Source of the DNA: Mobula hypostoma
Lineage: Eukaryota
Direction of reading: 5' to 3'
DNA: 64,000 bases
NCBI RefSeq assembly: GCF_963921235.1
Contig: NC_086108.1
Span: forward strand, 87,174,001 to 87,238,000
Shown: positions 48,358 to 62,357 of the stretch, piece by piece
Layout: every line of letters begins with the position of its first letter
How positions within the stretch are numbered: the first letter of the stretch is position 1
Position numbers and translations under genes: made by a program
The notes under the pieces: generated by a model
The model's database searches: none
Told to the model about the DNA's origin: nothing
Seen by the model: the letters and a program-made list of their open reading frames with translations, nothing else

Positions 48358-49947
48358 TTGGGAGCAAAGATAGCGTGGAGGAGAGGTAGATCCAGAGCAC
48401 ATCCACCTGAGTGACACAAACAACGCATTTCAATGTACATCAAACAAATTCTGTACAGATGTAGATTTGATGTTGATTATTTCAAAGATTTCTACAACTT
48501 TCCTTTGTTTGACATAATCTAATAAGAAGAAACCCTGCGTGAAATCTCAAATGTAATACATCAGAGTGAAATTTGCAGCCATCCTGCCAGAGAAGGGGAA
48601 GTCTCCACTGTTTTGATAAAAATAAAGAGATGGTGACCTTCTGGTTTTGTGGATGTCAATCACTGTCTGTTCATCATTCGGGGGGCTGGACTGAGGCGCT
48701 GTTACCTCTTTTTCAGGTTTGTAAAGGAGCAAGGAAGTTAGAATGGAAAATGCGGAGGCATTTGTCCTCATCCTTTAGGCAGCTGATCCCTAAGGACTGG
48801 GAAACAGCAAATGCTGCATCCTTGCTGAAAAGTGGATGCAATGGTTAACCAAGCAACTGGTGGCTTGTTGGCTGCAGAGTGACAGAGAAACATGGATTTG
48901 TAAAGGAAAATCATGGTTAACAGTTTTATTGCAGCAACTATGATTTTCGGGGGGCAGAAATGAGAGTAGTTGCTATTACCAAAGAGAAAGTGCTTGGGAA
49001 GCTGAAAGATATGAAGGTAGATAAGTTACTGGACCAAATGGACAACACCCCAGGGTTCAGAAAGAGGTAGCTGAAGAGATTGTGGTGGTATTAGTACTGA
49101 GATTTTAAGAATCACTAGATTCTGGAATGGTTCCAATGGACTGGAAAATTGTCACTCCACTCTTTAAGAAGGGAGGGAGGCAAAAGAAAGGAAATTATTG
49201 GCCAGTTAGCCTTTCAGTGGTTGGGAAGATGTTGGAGTCTGTTATTAAGGATGAGGTTTCAAGGTCCTTGGAGACACATGATAAAATAGGCCGAAGTCAG
49301 CTTGGTTTCCTTAAGGAGAAATCATGCCTGACAAATCTGTTGGAATTCTTGAGTAAATAACAGACAGGATAGACAAAGGAGAGTCAGTGAACGGTGTTTA
49401 CATTTCTTTTTCAGAATGCCTTTGACAAGATGCCACACATAAAGCTGACAAACAAGATAAGGCCTCATGGTATTATCAGAAAGATACTAGCATGGACAGA
49501 AGACTGGCTGACTGGCAGAGGGAAGAGTCAGAATAAATAGGGCATTTTCTGATCGGCTGCCTGTGTGCTACAGGGGTCTGTGTTGGGACAGCTTCTTTTC
49601 ACATTATATGCCAATGATTGGATGATGGAACTGATGGTTTTGAGTCTCAGTTTGCAGGTGATAGATACAAAGACAGGTGGAAGTGCAGGTAGTGTTGAGG
49701 AAGCAGAAAGTCAGCAGAACTCTCTAGGCAGATTAGAAAAATGGACAAAGAAGTGACAGTTGGAATATAGTGTAGGAAAGTGTAGGGTCATATACTTTGT
49801 AGATGAATAAAGGCATAGACTATTTTTGAAATGAGAGAAAATTCAGAAATCAGAAGTGCAAAGCACTTGTGAGCCCTTGTGCAGGATTCACTAATAGTTA
49901 CCTTGCACATCGAGTCAGTGGATGTAATGCTGAGGCTTTATAAGGCA

Positions 49948-50048
49948 ACACACATCAAAGTTGATGGTGAACGCAGCAGGCCAGGCAGCATCTCTAGGAA
50001 GAGGTACAGTCGACGTTTCGGGCTGAGACCCTTCGTCAGGACTAACTG
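49948..50048 (-). mobile_element. 101-bp Penelope mini-insert consisting of hammerhead + 3' tail
   Basis: Interrupts CR1 at CTTTATAAGGCA|TTGATCA; flanking direct repeat AAGGCA (49942-49947 and 50049-50054). Confidence 0.88.
50007..50048 (-). ncRNA. Minimal type I hammerhead ribozyme, core intact
   Basis: CAGUUAGUC-CUGACGA-AGGGUCUCAGCCC-GAAACGUC-GACUG. Confidence 0.82.
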
Positions 50049-50989
50049 AAGGCATTGATCAAACTGTACTTGGAGAATTGTGAGTAGTTTTGGGCCCCTT
50101 ATCCAAGAAAAGATGCGCTGGCACTGGAGGAGGTTGAAAGATTCTGGTAATGGCAAGGTTAATGTATGAGGAGCATTTGATGTCTCTGTACCTACACTCA
50201 CTGGAGTTTAGAAGAATGCGGTGAGATCTCATTGAAACCTATCGAATATTGAAAGGCCTAGATAGTGTGGAATTGAAGAAGATTTTTCCTATAGTGAGGG
50301 AATCTAGGACCAGAGGGCACAGCCTCAGAATACAAAGCTGTTCCTTTAGAACCGAGATGAGGAGAAATTCCTTTAGCCAGAGTGTAGTAAACCTGTGGAA
50401 TTCATTGTTAAAGAGGGTATATTTAAAGTGGAAGTTGATAGGGTTCTTGATTAGTAGGACTATCAAAGTTTATAGGGAGAAGTCAGGAGAATGGGGTTGA
50501 TAGGGATCAACTTTGATGGAAAGGTAGGGGGAGTGGCCTAATTCTGCTCATATGCCTTATGCACTTTTGGCTTAAAGATATAGATAATGTGCTGTATTTG
50601 GATTTTCAAAGTACTTTATATATTAAACTTCTATTTGGTGAATCCAGAAATCCCATGCAACCAGCAAAAATCGTTGAGAATATTAAACAAGTTCATAAAT
50701 ACTTTTCACAACATAAGTTTCAATTGGACAAGTAAGAAATGAAACTTCAAGCTTGACACTCAGAGAAGCAATTTTCAATGTGTCATGCACTTGGAAGCAG
50801 GTGAAGAGAGAATGCATAAATAAACACAACGAGATTTTTTGTGTAGAAGGGCAAACAGTTGACAACTGTATGTGAAGAAATAGTGAATGCTGAAAATCCA
50901 TTGGAAATACACTTGCGAGATGCACTGAAGGGCATGGAAATTGACAAGGATGCTCTGGTTACAGTGACATTAAATACTGATTAAATGCA

Positions 50990-51390
50990 ATCATAGAGCC
51001 ATAGAACACTACTGCACAGAAACAGGCCCTTCGGCCCATCTAGTCTGTGATAAACTTATTCTGCCTTGACCCATCAACCCGCACCTGGACCACAGACCTC
51101 CATAACTCCCTTATCCATGTAGCTATTCAAACATCTGTTAAATTTTGAAATTGAACCAACACCGACCATTTGCTCTTGCAGCTTATTCCATGCATGCACC
51201 CCCTTCGGAGTGTAGAAGTTCCCCGTTATGTTCCCCTTAAACATTTCACCTTTCACCCTAGCCTATGACCTCTAGTTCTATCCTCGCCCAACTTCAGTGG
51301 AAAATGCCTGCTTGCATTTACCCTATCTATACCCTTCATAATTTTGTATACCTTTATCAAATCTCCCCTCTCTCGCCTCATACCCCTTCA
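50990..51390 (-). mobile_element. CR1 3' end fragment
   Basis: KGEMFKGNITGNFYTPKGVHAWNKL; ACAGGCCCTTCGGCCCA tail. Confidence 0.7.
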
Positions 51391-52741
51391 CTCCCAATTT
51401 TGGGTGTCATCTGCAAATTTGCTGATCCAGTTTACCACACTGCCATCCTGATCATAGAAAAGGTTTTAAATCACAGTAAACCTAGTGATCAAGAAGAAGA
51501 AAACAGTGATGAATGGGCACCTGAAGAAAAAATCTCCTGCAAAATTTCTGCCTAAAGATTTGAAAATGTCTTGAAAGATGTTGAGCAACAGAATTGCTTT
51601 TCTACCTAATCTGCAATACATTTTTACCTTCTTCATTCACACTTTGTGCATGACAGAAGGGAGGCTTGCAAGCAAGCTGACATAAGATCTATTGAAGAAG
51701 GTTAGTAAGCCTAAATCTCCTCAGCCTTTAATTTCTGTTATGCCAAGTAAGTGTGAAAAGACATTTCTTTTAGATTATTTATGTTTTTATATAAGGTCAG
51801 TACAGCAGTAAGCTGATTATCAACCATATCCTCTTTGAGGAACTAACACATCATATGATGGCAAACACAGCTATTCATTTGATTTGCTGCATTTTACATT
51901 AATACTGGTCTGCCTTAAAGCATAGCACTGCCACGTAAAACAGTGTTATTTAAAAGGGCAGGAAGATGACATATAGATCGGCAATTTATTTCAAAGTTTA
52001 TGCATAGAATACTAGTGTGTGTTGTACAGTCAATTCATTTTTAAGCAATTCCCATGATGCGACTGGCTTATTCCTGCAATTGGCACCTCATCCTCCCACC
52101 CCATATCTCATGGCTGAGTGTGTACTGCAACAGGCTTGCCATGATAAGTTAAACCGATGGAACAAAAGTGATAGAAAACAATCTGACACACCAGGAAGTT
52201 GTAGTGAGTGGTCCTGTTTTGAACAGAGGCTCTTTACCTTGGGATTCTCCAGTGGATACAGGAACGTAGGAAGCACAATGAATTGCAACACAAATAATTT
52301 TGAGCTTCAAGTAGTAACAGAAAGGATAGTGGAAAGGGCAGGGAAGTAACAGGTAAAATTATTGTGCCTATAAAAAATATTCACCTCCCCCCCCCCCCAC
52401 TTGGAAGTTTTCATGTTTTATTTTTCTACAACTGGATTTAATTTGGCTTTTTTTGACACTAATCAACAGACTTTTTTGTGTCAAAGTGAAATCAGGTTTC
52501 TACATAGTGACATAAATACATTACAAATATAAAACACAAAATAATTGATTGCATAAGTATTCATCCCCTTTAATATGACACACCAAATCATCACTGGTGC
52601 AGTCAATTGGTCTTAGAAGCCACATAATTACTTCAATGGAGATGCCGTGTGCAGCCAAGGATTCAATTGATTGTAGTAAAAATACCCCTGTATCTGGAAG
52701 GTCCAATTGCTGGTGAGTCAGTCTCCTGGCAAACCTACACC

Positions 52742-54380
52742 ATGAAGATGAAAGAACACTACAAGCAACTCTCCGGAAAGATTAGATAGATAAATACTTT
52801 ATTGATCCCAAAGGAAATTACAGTGTCACAGTAGCATTACAAGTGCACAGCTCCACAAATATACAAATATTAGAAGAGAAATAAGAAAGAATAAAAAATA
52901 AGTTACCTCAAACAGTCTTAATAGGAGGGGGTCAGCACTTCCCCGGCTGTAGGTTAACTCATTATAGAGCCCAATATGCGAGGGTAAGAATGACCTCTTA
53001 CAGCACTCTTTGGAGTAGTGAAGTTGTCTTAGTCTATTACTAAAAGTGCTCCTCTATTCAGCCAAGGTGGCATGCAGAGGGTGAGAAAAATTGTCCCGAA
53101 TTACCAGTATTTTCTGTACGGTCCTTTGTTCTACCACAGCCTTTAGTGTGTCCACTTTAACTCCTATAACAGAGCCAGCCTTTCCAATCAGTTTATTGAG
53201 CCTGTTGGCATCACTCGTGTTGATGCCATTGCCCCAGCACACCACTGCATAGGAGATTGTACTGGCGACAACAGACTGGTAGAACATGCATACTCCAAAG
53301 GACCTCAGTCTCCTCAGGAAGTAGAGGCAAAGTCTGGCCTTTCTTGTACACAGCCTCTGTGTTGGTGCTCCTCTCAAGTCTGTCATCCAGCAGCACCCCA
53401 GGTACTTGTAGGTTTTTGAAAGGCACCAGTCAGGAGATAGATAGAGGAAATTTTCCCAGTCACTGAATATCCTTTGGATTACAGTTAAGTCAATCATCAA
53501 GAAATGGAAAGAATATGACACAGAATATGCCCAGAGCAAGCTGTTCTCAAAAACGGAGAGACGGTGCAAGAAGGGAGCTAGTGGGAAAGGCCACCATGAG
53601 ACCGATGACATCTCTGGAGGAGTTATATTCTTCAGTGACTGAGAGGGGAGAAACTGCTCATAAAACAATTGTTGCCCATGTCCTTCATCAGTCACAGCTT
53701 TATGGGAGAGTGGCAAAGAGAAAGCCACTGTTGAAAAAAAACTCACATGAAATCTCTGCTAGAGTTTGGCAGAAGGCATGTTGGGAGACTCTGAAGTCTA
53801 TGGTTCTATGGTCTGAGGAAACCAAAATGGAGCTTTTTGGCCATCAGACTAAACATTATGTTTGGTGTAAGCCAAACACCGCACATCATCAAAAACACAC
53901 CATCCCTACCGTGAAGCATGGTGGTGGCTGCATCATGCTGTGGGGATGCTTCACTGAAGCAGGCTCTGAAAGGCTTGTGAAGGTAGAGAGTAAAGTGAAT
54001 GCAGCAAAATACAGGGCAATCCTGGAGGAAAACCTAATTCAGTCTGTGTAAGAACTGCAAATTGGGAGAAGATTTCTTTTCCAGCAAGACAATGAACCCA
54101 AGCATAAAGCCAAAGCTACACAGGAATGGCTTAAAAACAACAAAGTTAATGTCCTGGAGTGGCCAAGTCAGATTCCAGAATGCAATCCAATTGCAAATTT
54201 GTAGCTGGACTTGAACAGGGCTGTTCACTCACAATCCCCATACAATCTGAAAGAGCTTGAGCGGTTTCATAAAGAAGAATGGGGGAAAATTGCAGTGCCT
54301 AGATGTGCAAAACTGATAGAAACCTATCCACACAGACTCAAGGCTATAATTGCTGCCAAATGTGCCTCTACTAAATACTG
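52742..54380 (+). pseudogene. Tc1 DD34E-type transposase, disrupted
   Basis: [59 protein letters not shown]. Confidence 0.9.
52781..53410 (-). mobile_element. Rex1 LINE 3' fragment inserted in the Tc1 ORF
   Basis: LYFLRRLRSFGVC.FYQSVVAS...ANRLNKLIGKAGSVIG...SHPLH; tail AATAAAGTATTTATCTATCTAAT. Confidence 0.85.
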
Positions 54381-54704
54381 ACTTGAAGGGGGAAATACTT
54401 ATGCAATGAATTATTCTGTGTTTTATATCTGTAATTAATTTAGATTACTTTGTAGAGATCTGTTTTCACTTTGACACAAAAGTGCCTTTTTCTGTTGATC
54501 AGTGTCAAAAAAGCCAAATTAAATCCAGTGTGATTCAATGCTGTAAAACACCAAAACAGGAAAACTTCCGGGGGGGGGGGGGGGAGCGTGTGGACACCTT
54601 TTATAGGCACTGGAAATACCAAGAAATGGGAAATGTTATGCTTTGGTAGGAAGAACATGGATAATGAAGAAAACTTAGAGGTACAGAAACATGAGATCAG
54701 GGGC

Positions 54705-54841
54705 ATACACGAGAAAAAATCTGAAGATGCTGGAAATCCAAAGCACCACACACAAAATGATGGAGGATTCAACAGGCCAGGCAGCATCCATGGAAAAGAG
54801 TAAACAGTTGACGTTTTGGGCCGAGACCCTTCTTCAGGACT
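54705..54841 (-). mobile_element. Penelope pLTR mini-insert with mutated HHR
   Basis: Reverse complement AGUCCUGAAGAAGGGUCUCGGCCCAAAACGUCAACUG; the GAAA box is mutated to AAAA. Confidence 0.75.
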
Positions 54842-57199
54842 CAACATGTTGTGTGTGTTGCTATGAATGCATATTTCATTGAAAGTGTCAGGACAGGTTA
54901 AGAAAGTGATTAAGAAAGCTTTAAAAGATCTTAAAGAGACAGCAACAAGAGCAATGAAGACATGATGAACCTTTGTATAATACTGGTTTGGGTACAATAT
55001 TGTGTCCAGTTTCATGAGCTACATTTAAAATATATGAAAGCCTTGGAACAGATGCAGAAGAAATAAACTACATCGAATCCAGATGCGAGGGACTCTAATG
55101 TATATAGAAAGTGGCATCGTTGTCCTTGGAACAGAGGAGATGGGAGAGGATTGATGGTGATATTTAAAATCACAGTAAGTCTAGACAAATTAAATAGGGA
55201 GAAGCTGGTACAACTGATAAAGAAGATGTTTTTTTTAAAGAGATTAGCTTTATTTGTCAAATGTACACTGGAACATCAAAACATACACTGAAATGTGTTT
55301 TGCATCAAGAAACAACACAGTCGGAGGATTGTGCTGGGGGTCTGCAAGAGTTACTCCCTTACTGAGTCATTAATATTGTGCGGTAGCCTAACAACCACAG
55401 CAATTTTTGTGTCATCTGCAAACTTATTCATCACATGTCCTACATTCATGTTCATTTTGTTAACCAAACAGTAAGGGTACTGGTACCAATCCCTGTGGTG
55501 CATCACTGGTCACAAGCTTCCAATCATGGAACTATCCTCAGCCATCACCTTCTAACTCTTATTAAAAGACTGTTAGTCAGCCTCAATTTCTCTCATGAAC
55601 TTTATCCTGTCTACCTATTCTTGTGGTGATGCATGAACTTCAACAGGTGCGGTGAGGACCATTTGTGTTCATTACCACTTGCCTGATAGGAAAGGACCAT
55701 GAGAGCCACTCTCAACTCACCTGTTCCATGGCAAAGCATGATTCAGTGCGGTTAAGGATTAACAACCAGCAAAACCTTCTGAGGAATTATTCTATTAAAC
55801 AACATCAAAGTTGAGTATATTGTCGTCCCCACATGTACATGCATGCAAAGGAGCAATGAAAAACTTACTTGCAGCAGCGTCATAAGCACATAGCATTAGG
55901 TAAAGAACATTCACAAGAAAAAATAGTTAAACATAAATTATACACATTTCATACAAGAAAGAACCAATTAGAACAAAAAAAAAAGTTCAATACAGTTCCA
56001 AGTGGCCATAATGTTGCTATAGTGGTTAGAGTTTTGCAGGCTGGTCCAAGAACCAATTGGTTGAAGGACACAAGTTGTTCTTGAACCCCCGTGTGTGGAA
56101 CTTCCAGCTTCTGTACCTTCTGCCTGATGGTAGCAGTGAGAAGATAGTATCTTTGATAATCTGGCTCTTCTGTCATACAGTTGTTGTATTTAAATCACAC
56201 CTGACAGCTTTGCATCACAAATGATCCAATTTGAAGTGATTCAGGTCAATGAATGGCTGTTACATTGTGTCCCATAGTCCTAGCACGTACGGTATCATTT
56301 AACTGGGCAGCTTTCCCTTAAGCACTGACGACCCAGATTTTTTTTCTCTGTTAAATATGCCGGCAATGTGGAATTACTGTAAAAATGAACTTGTAGCAAT
56401 TTCTGGAGTGTAGGGGAAGATTCGCAAATCACTGTGAGAGTGTGTTCATTCTTATCGAAATACATCTGGCCATGTGAAAATGGGGCATGTGTTGCTATGT
56501 AGCTGCCTTTTCCTGGGCCTCGAACTTTGATGAGTCCTGTCATTCAGTAAAATTGCGGTGCTTTGTCATTTTGTCACTGTTGTCCATGGGGAATCTAGCA
56601 AAATTGCTTAATCTACAGAACAATAAAGCCGTGACTTGCTTGATTCATCTTGCACAAATGTTTGCTGTATGTTGCTAATGTCTGTGTTGACAGCAGACGA
56701 GTAAAAGACTTAGAACCACGGTAACCTTAGCTGCCATAAGCAGATCAGCACATATGGTGAGGGTGAGGCACAGATCTGCCCAGAACGTCAGCTAAAGGCC
56801 TGACAACTTCTTCTGCAAAGTGACAGTGCAAGTGCACTTGAGTACTTGCAAAAATGTGTTGTTAACTCCAACCAAGCTGAGCTCCCCTTCACTCTGTGCT
56901 TGCAGAGCTGCAGTATCATCCAGTTTAGAACATACGTATGAAAATAGGAGCAGGAGAAGGCCACAAAGCCCCTCAAACCTGTCCTGACACACAATAGGAT
57001 CATGATTCTTCTGCACTCTACTTCTGTGCTTCTTCAATTCTCAGATCCTTCAAAATTTTATCCACTTCCTCTTTAAATGCTGTCAGTGATCAAGCCTCAA
57101 CAACACTTCAGGATGGAGAACTCCAGAGATTCACAACTCTCAACAAGAAGATATGGACGCACACCTCAATTTTAAATTACCAGTCCATAATTTTGTAAG

Positions 57200-57692
57200 T
57201 GTTTAATTAGATTCACTAGAATGATTCCGGGAATGAGAGGGTTAACATATGAGGAACGTTTGCCCACTCTTGGACTGTATTCCTTGGAGTTTAGAAGAAT
57301 GAGGGGAGACCTCATAGAAACATTTTGAATGTTGAAAGGCATGGACAGAGTGGATGTGGCAAAGTTGTTTCCCATGATGGGGGAGTCTAGTACAAGAGGG
57401 CATGACTTAAGGATTGAACAGTGCCCATTCAGAACAGAAATGCAAAGAAATTTTTTTAGTCAGAGGGTGGTGAATCTATGGAATTTGTTGCCACGGGCAG
57501 CAGTGGAAGCCAAGTCATTGGGTGTATTTAAGGCAGAGATTGATAGGTATCTGAGTAGCCAGGGCATCAAAGTTTATGGTGAGAAGGCGGGGGAGTGGGA
57601 CTAAATAGGAGAATGGAACAGCTCATGATAAAATGGCGGAGCAGACTCGATGGGCCGAATGGCCTACTTCTGCTCCTTTGTCTTATGGTCTT
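57200..57692 (+). mobile_element. CR1 3' fragment (adjacent older minus-strand CR1 tail at 56930-57200)
   Basis: RFTRMIPGMRGLTYEERL...NFFSQRVVNLWN. Confidence 0.88.
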
Positions 57693-58374
57693 GTAATCTT
57701 TTAACTCTGCCAAAGCTTCAGTGTTAAAACTTTTAAGTTTTTATCAATCCCTCTGACCTCAGTCTCCTGTAATCCCCCACAATCCAAAATTTTAGCAATC
57801 CCCATTTCTTTGACCTCCCAATTTTTCATGTCATCCACATTGGTGGCAGCTCTGTCTTTGACTGCCAGAGTCCCAGGAGCTGCTGTCCTCTCCCAACAAA
57901 ATAGAGATCATGATTTTCTGAATTGTAAGGTGCTAATTCTGAAGGTTTTGAAACATTAAAAAAGAGGTATATAAGTTTTTGATCAACTTCATTGGGTGGT
58001 GCTGTTACTAGAGATCGGTCTGGTTTTGACCTTTTTTTCTGAGGTGTTGTCTCTGTGGAACCTGCATGTTTTCCTGTAGCCACGAGTTCTCCCCCTTACA
58101 CCCTCTGTTTTCCCTGTCCACGCTCAGTCCTGAGGCAGAATTTTGACCTGAAATATCAACAGTTCCTTTTCCTCTTGCAGATACTGGATGACACTCTGAG
58201 TTCCTTGGGCAGACTGTTTGTTGTGATGATTGTAGTGTCAGAATAGGCATAAAGTTAATGGGACAAATGGCTTCCTTCTGAGACATGAGGAAATATAAAG
58301 CACATAGATGTATTAGAATGGCATAAAAGATCTTTCAGAAGCAGAGAATCAAACAGCAAACAACAAGAGGGCGG

Positions 58375-59212
58375 TGTCACAATGCAGATGTCCTGTTGGC
58401 AGACGTTTCCATGTAGTGCCCTGGTTAAGATTTTTACTGCTATGCTGTAGGCGTTTCATCATAGCGGTTCTCTAAGAGCAGTCTATTCTGCTTTTGGCCT
58501 GTTTGGGTTTGAACTGAGATAGGGGCTTTGTTGCTCAACTTAGCAATGTGGTGTCAGCTAATCAGGATGGTGGAATTTGGGGAAGATTCTGGAGAACTCT
58601 GGACGGAGGGGTTTTTGTGACGGACACTGGTATGGGTCGAGGTCTCTTTCTGGCGGGAGCTGGGAGAAGTCGGGAGAAAATGGCTAAGAATGCTGTCCCT
58701 GTTGTGTAGATGAATGGCTTCTAGGAGGAAGGACCAATACTCTGGTAGAAGAGCCCGCTTGTACAAGGTGGATTTTAGGCGAGGTCTGGAAGGTGGTGTG
58801 TGCTTTCACACAGACCAAAGGTCCAGCAAATGAGGTGCAGACAAATTAAAGAAGAGCTCCACATTTGACTGTTTAATTATGATGGGCACCTTTGTTTTTT
58901 TCTTTCTTATCTTTAACAACTGCTTGATTAATTTAACATCCTTAAATATACTTTCTTTATAATTGTATGCAGTGAACAATCTGTTATTTCTTGCCAACTT
59001 GCAGGGGGCAGTAAATCACACAGCATTCATACAAACCGAGTTTTGGGCGGGCGAGACATCCCAACTTCATGGGTTTGGCGGGACCAAAGTCGTATACACC
59101 CTTGACATACGGAGCCTGGGAAAGGTGGGTATCCTCACCACCGAGTCCAGTGGCTGCTACTGAGGGGCTAACAAGCTGTATTTCCAGAGATGCCCAATAA
59201 AAAGGAGTCTCA
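58375..59212 (+). mobile_element. Possible solo LTR of another family
   Basis: Starts TGTCAC, GC/CpG-richer than flanks, AATAAA near the end followed by CA; no TSD recognised. Confidence 0.35.
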
Positions 59213-60719
59213 CCATTATTAGGAAGGTTGTCTAGGATCTAAAGGTACAATCTCAGAATAAAATGGTGAGCCTTTAGACTGAGATGAGGAGGAACTTCAA
59301 CCAGAGGGTGTTCAACTCATTGGATTCCTTGCCCGAGAGGGCTGTGGAGGCCAAGTTATTGGACTATTATAGATGAAATTCATAGGTTCTTGTTTGGCAA
59401 GGTTGGGGAGGGTGGTTAAGGGCTTTGGGAAGAAGGCAGGAGAATGAGGTTGCGAAAAGAATCAACCATGATTGACTGGCAGAGCAAACTCAATGGAACA
59501 AATGATCTAATTCTGCTCCTGTATCTTATTGTTTTCTGGCCTGGGACGTTTCACTCACTCAAGAGCTTGCATTATGAGGCATCTTAACCCTTACTCAAAA
59601 TTAACTGGTTGTCTGCCGCTGTGCAATGCAATTTTGTCCAGCCTGAACTCAAGTGTAGTCCGGTGTTGTAGGAGCCCAGCTTTCAATTATTCATTACAAT
59701 CCAGCACAGTGTTGGGCTCTCTCCATCTGAGCAGCTGGTGGGATACACAACTATTCCATAACATTTAGGGAAAATAGAAATATAAAAGTACCATTAAAAC
59801 TATAATAAATGTTAAAACGTTTATTTACACAGGTAGAAAGCTTAAAACACAGATATAACAAAATTCAATTAAAATCATTTGAACTAGCTTCAATAAATGC
59901 TAATGCAACCACATACATTTCTCCGGAGAGCCAATGTCTGCAGCTGTTTTGAATGGCAGATGTGTGTTCCTTCAAGACTTAGTGGGTGATTTTTCCAGCT
60001 CTTAAACCATGAATTCTGTGGGTGATCAAGCCATCCCTTTGGACTCCATTTGTTCATGGGATGTGAATGTTGCTGGTGAGGCCATTTGTTATGCATCCCT
60101 ATTTTTGCCTACACTACGTAATGTGGAAGTTCATTTCAAGGGACATTTAACAGTCAACCCTTGCTAATGGGTCTGGAGTCATCAAGGCTAATACAGGCTC
60201 ACCTGTTTGTTATATCTGACAAGTCTTCCCTTTGGACGATGCTATTTTGAACTAAGGCCAGTCTTTCCCCAGACACAACTCGGCCAGATCCACTACCATA
60301 TGGTCCAGATTAATAAGCACTGCCATTTGTTTTGAAAGCAGATAAGATTAAATGCCATTCAGAATTCTGCAGCACAGCTCTGCCCAACCTAATTTCAGCT
60401 TAACATAACGTCTGCTTGCTCCCAAGGCAGACACAAACCAGATTTTGCTCTTGGAATTCTTTATGAGTAATGTTTCATGTGGTGACAAACAGAAGAATTT
60501 CCCACTTCAGCTGCAATTTGCCAGACTCCTCCACCACCTGATTACATTCTAAAATGCTGGTAAACATCCCGCTGAGTTCAAGATCTATTTGCTGATGCAA
60601 GCTATAAATAACAGCATCTCTTCAACCAAATGAAAAAATTCAGTTATCTGAGGACGTAGTGTCGGGAATAGCCCGATTACTACTGCCTGGATTTTCCACC
60701 CACAATGCTGTCGCTTTGC

Positions 60720-61045
60720 TCTTCTTTTTTCCTTACCCAGATGCCCTCTTCTCATTACTACCTCCAGGGAGGAGGTACAGAAGCCTGAAGACCCAAAGTC
60801 AGCATCTTGGGGGCAGCTTCTTCCCCTCTGCATCAGAGTTCTGGATGGTCCAATGAACCTATGAGTGCTACCTCACCATACCTCCTCTGCAATATTTATT
60901 TATCTATTTATTCATTCATTTATTTATGCATTTATTTATTATTGCGACTTATAATAATGACTTGCACTACACTGCTATCATAAAGCAACAAATTTCACAA
61001 CAACCACAGTTTGTGTCAGTGAAAATAAACCTGATTCTGATCTAA
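60720..61045 (+). mobile_element. Rex1/Babar-type LINE 3' tail
   Basis: PDALFSLLPPGRRYRSLKT; AATAAACCTGATTCTGA. Confidence 0.75.
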
Positions 61046-62357
61046 TTCCTGGTAGAATAGTTTGTGACGAGCAAGAAGTTTTCCTCTGGAGCTGGTTCCT
61101 AACATATGATCTGCTCCTTATATGTAGATGAGGTAGTGGAAGATCCCAACTCCATGCAGGCTGCATCTTGGCCTACTCTTACCACCAGCTACCATCTTTC
61201 ATTTCTCTTTCTTTGATCAAGGGCAACATTTCTCTCTGCTGGTGTTTGGGAAGGATGGGGCCAATATGATATTTTATCCTCTAATGTAGGTTTAAGATGG
61301 AGCTGGTGAAGCCCCATGACTACTTACCAGCAGCAAACAAAACAAAGAATACAACTTATTACTTTATAATAACACTTCTTCTTGTAAAATTTCTGGTAAA
61401 CAATCACTGCCAACAATGGATAGGCGAGGGAGTTGAGGCAGAAGTGAGGCAAGCGAACGAGTGCGAATCTGAATCAAGGCATGGTCAAGGTGAGCCAAGG
61501 GGACGCCCGCCCACCAAACTGAGAGTGAGGAAAGACCCAACGTTTGATCGATCTAAGTGCCAGGCCAATTTGGAAAGGTCAGGTAAAGGGCAAAACATGC
61601 AGCGATGTCCATGCCAAGAGCGCATCGAAGCGACAGGGCTCGGATCCTAGAGTGAGAAATGACCCAATGTTTGGACGATTTAAACGCCGGATTAAAAAGA
61701 CAGGGTGTTGGGATCACAGCGAGGACCGGGCCAATTCTGCTCGCTGCTCTGCGACATTTACTCAGCTCTGCCTTGAACTGAGGCTGTGACCTGCTCCGAC
61801 TACAGTGGTGCCTAGCATCGTGTCTGTAGACTCACTTTTGCTCTGAATGATATTTGTTTACCTTATTGTTGCATGATTTATTTCTTTCTCTCTCTGCACT
61901 TCGGGTGTTCGACAGTCTGCTTTTTCTTTCACTGGGTTCTTTTGGTTTTCTTTGCTTTGCAGCTGCTTGTAAGGAGACAAACCTCAAGGTTGTATAATGC
62001 ATACATACTTTGAACTTTAGGTTCGATTGCAATGATCAGATGCTGAGAGGGATCCGCCGAGGAGGTGCTGGAGTCAGACACAATCAATCACCACTTTTAA
62101 GAGGCATTTAAATAGGCACTTAAATTGATAAGGCATGGAAGAATAAGGATCTAATGCAGGCAAACCAAATTCCTGTAGGTGGGCAGAATGACCAGCATGG
62201 ATGCAATGGGGTGAAGGGCCCATTTCTGACCTGTACATCTCTCTGAGCCTGTAAGACAAAGATAGGGTGAGCTTGAAAGGCTTTAGCAGTTGAGTGCAGC
62301 TAAGGTAAATTATCCTGAAGAGAATGAGGTGGTTATTTTCATGTTAGATCCAACAAA

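Larger units (their letters stand above)
48940..50560 (+). mobile_element. CR1 RT region, decayed
   Basis: DWKIVTPLFKKG, KSCLTNLLEF, QGSVLG, RTRGHSLRI. Confidence 0.85.
52362..54612 (+). mobile_element. Tc1 DNA transposon, IR/DR type (~210-230-bp TIRs), interrupted by Rex1
   Basis: Left GTGCCTATAAAAA...AAGTATTCATCCCCTT mirrors right AAGGGGGAAATACTT...TTTTATAGGCACTG. Confidence 0.9.

Noticed and set aside
50600..51780. Possible Tigger/pogo transposase remnant around the CR1 fragment
   Set aside because: Only a vague acidic C-terminal resemblance; no TIRs or DDD motif could be identified.
61375..62020. CpG-rich segment with 117-aa and 81-aa ORFs
   Set aside because: It ends in a Rex1-type tail (ACTTTGAACTTT) and resembles 46780-47135. 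It is probably a non-autonomous retroposon; the ORFs lack domains and the family could not be assigned.
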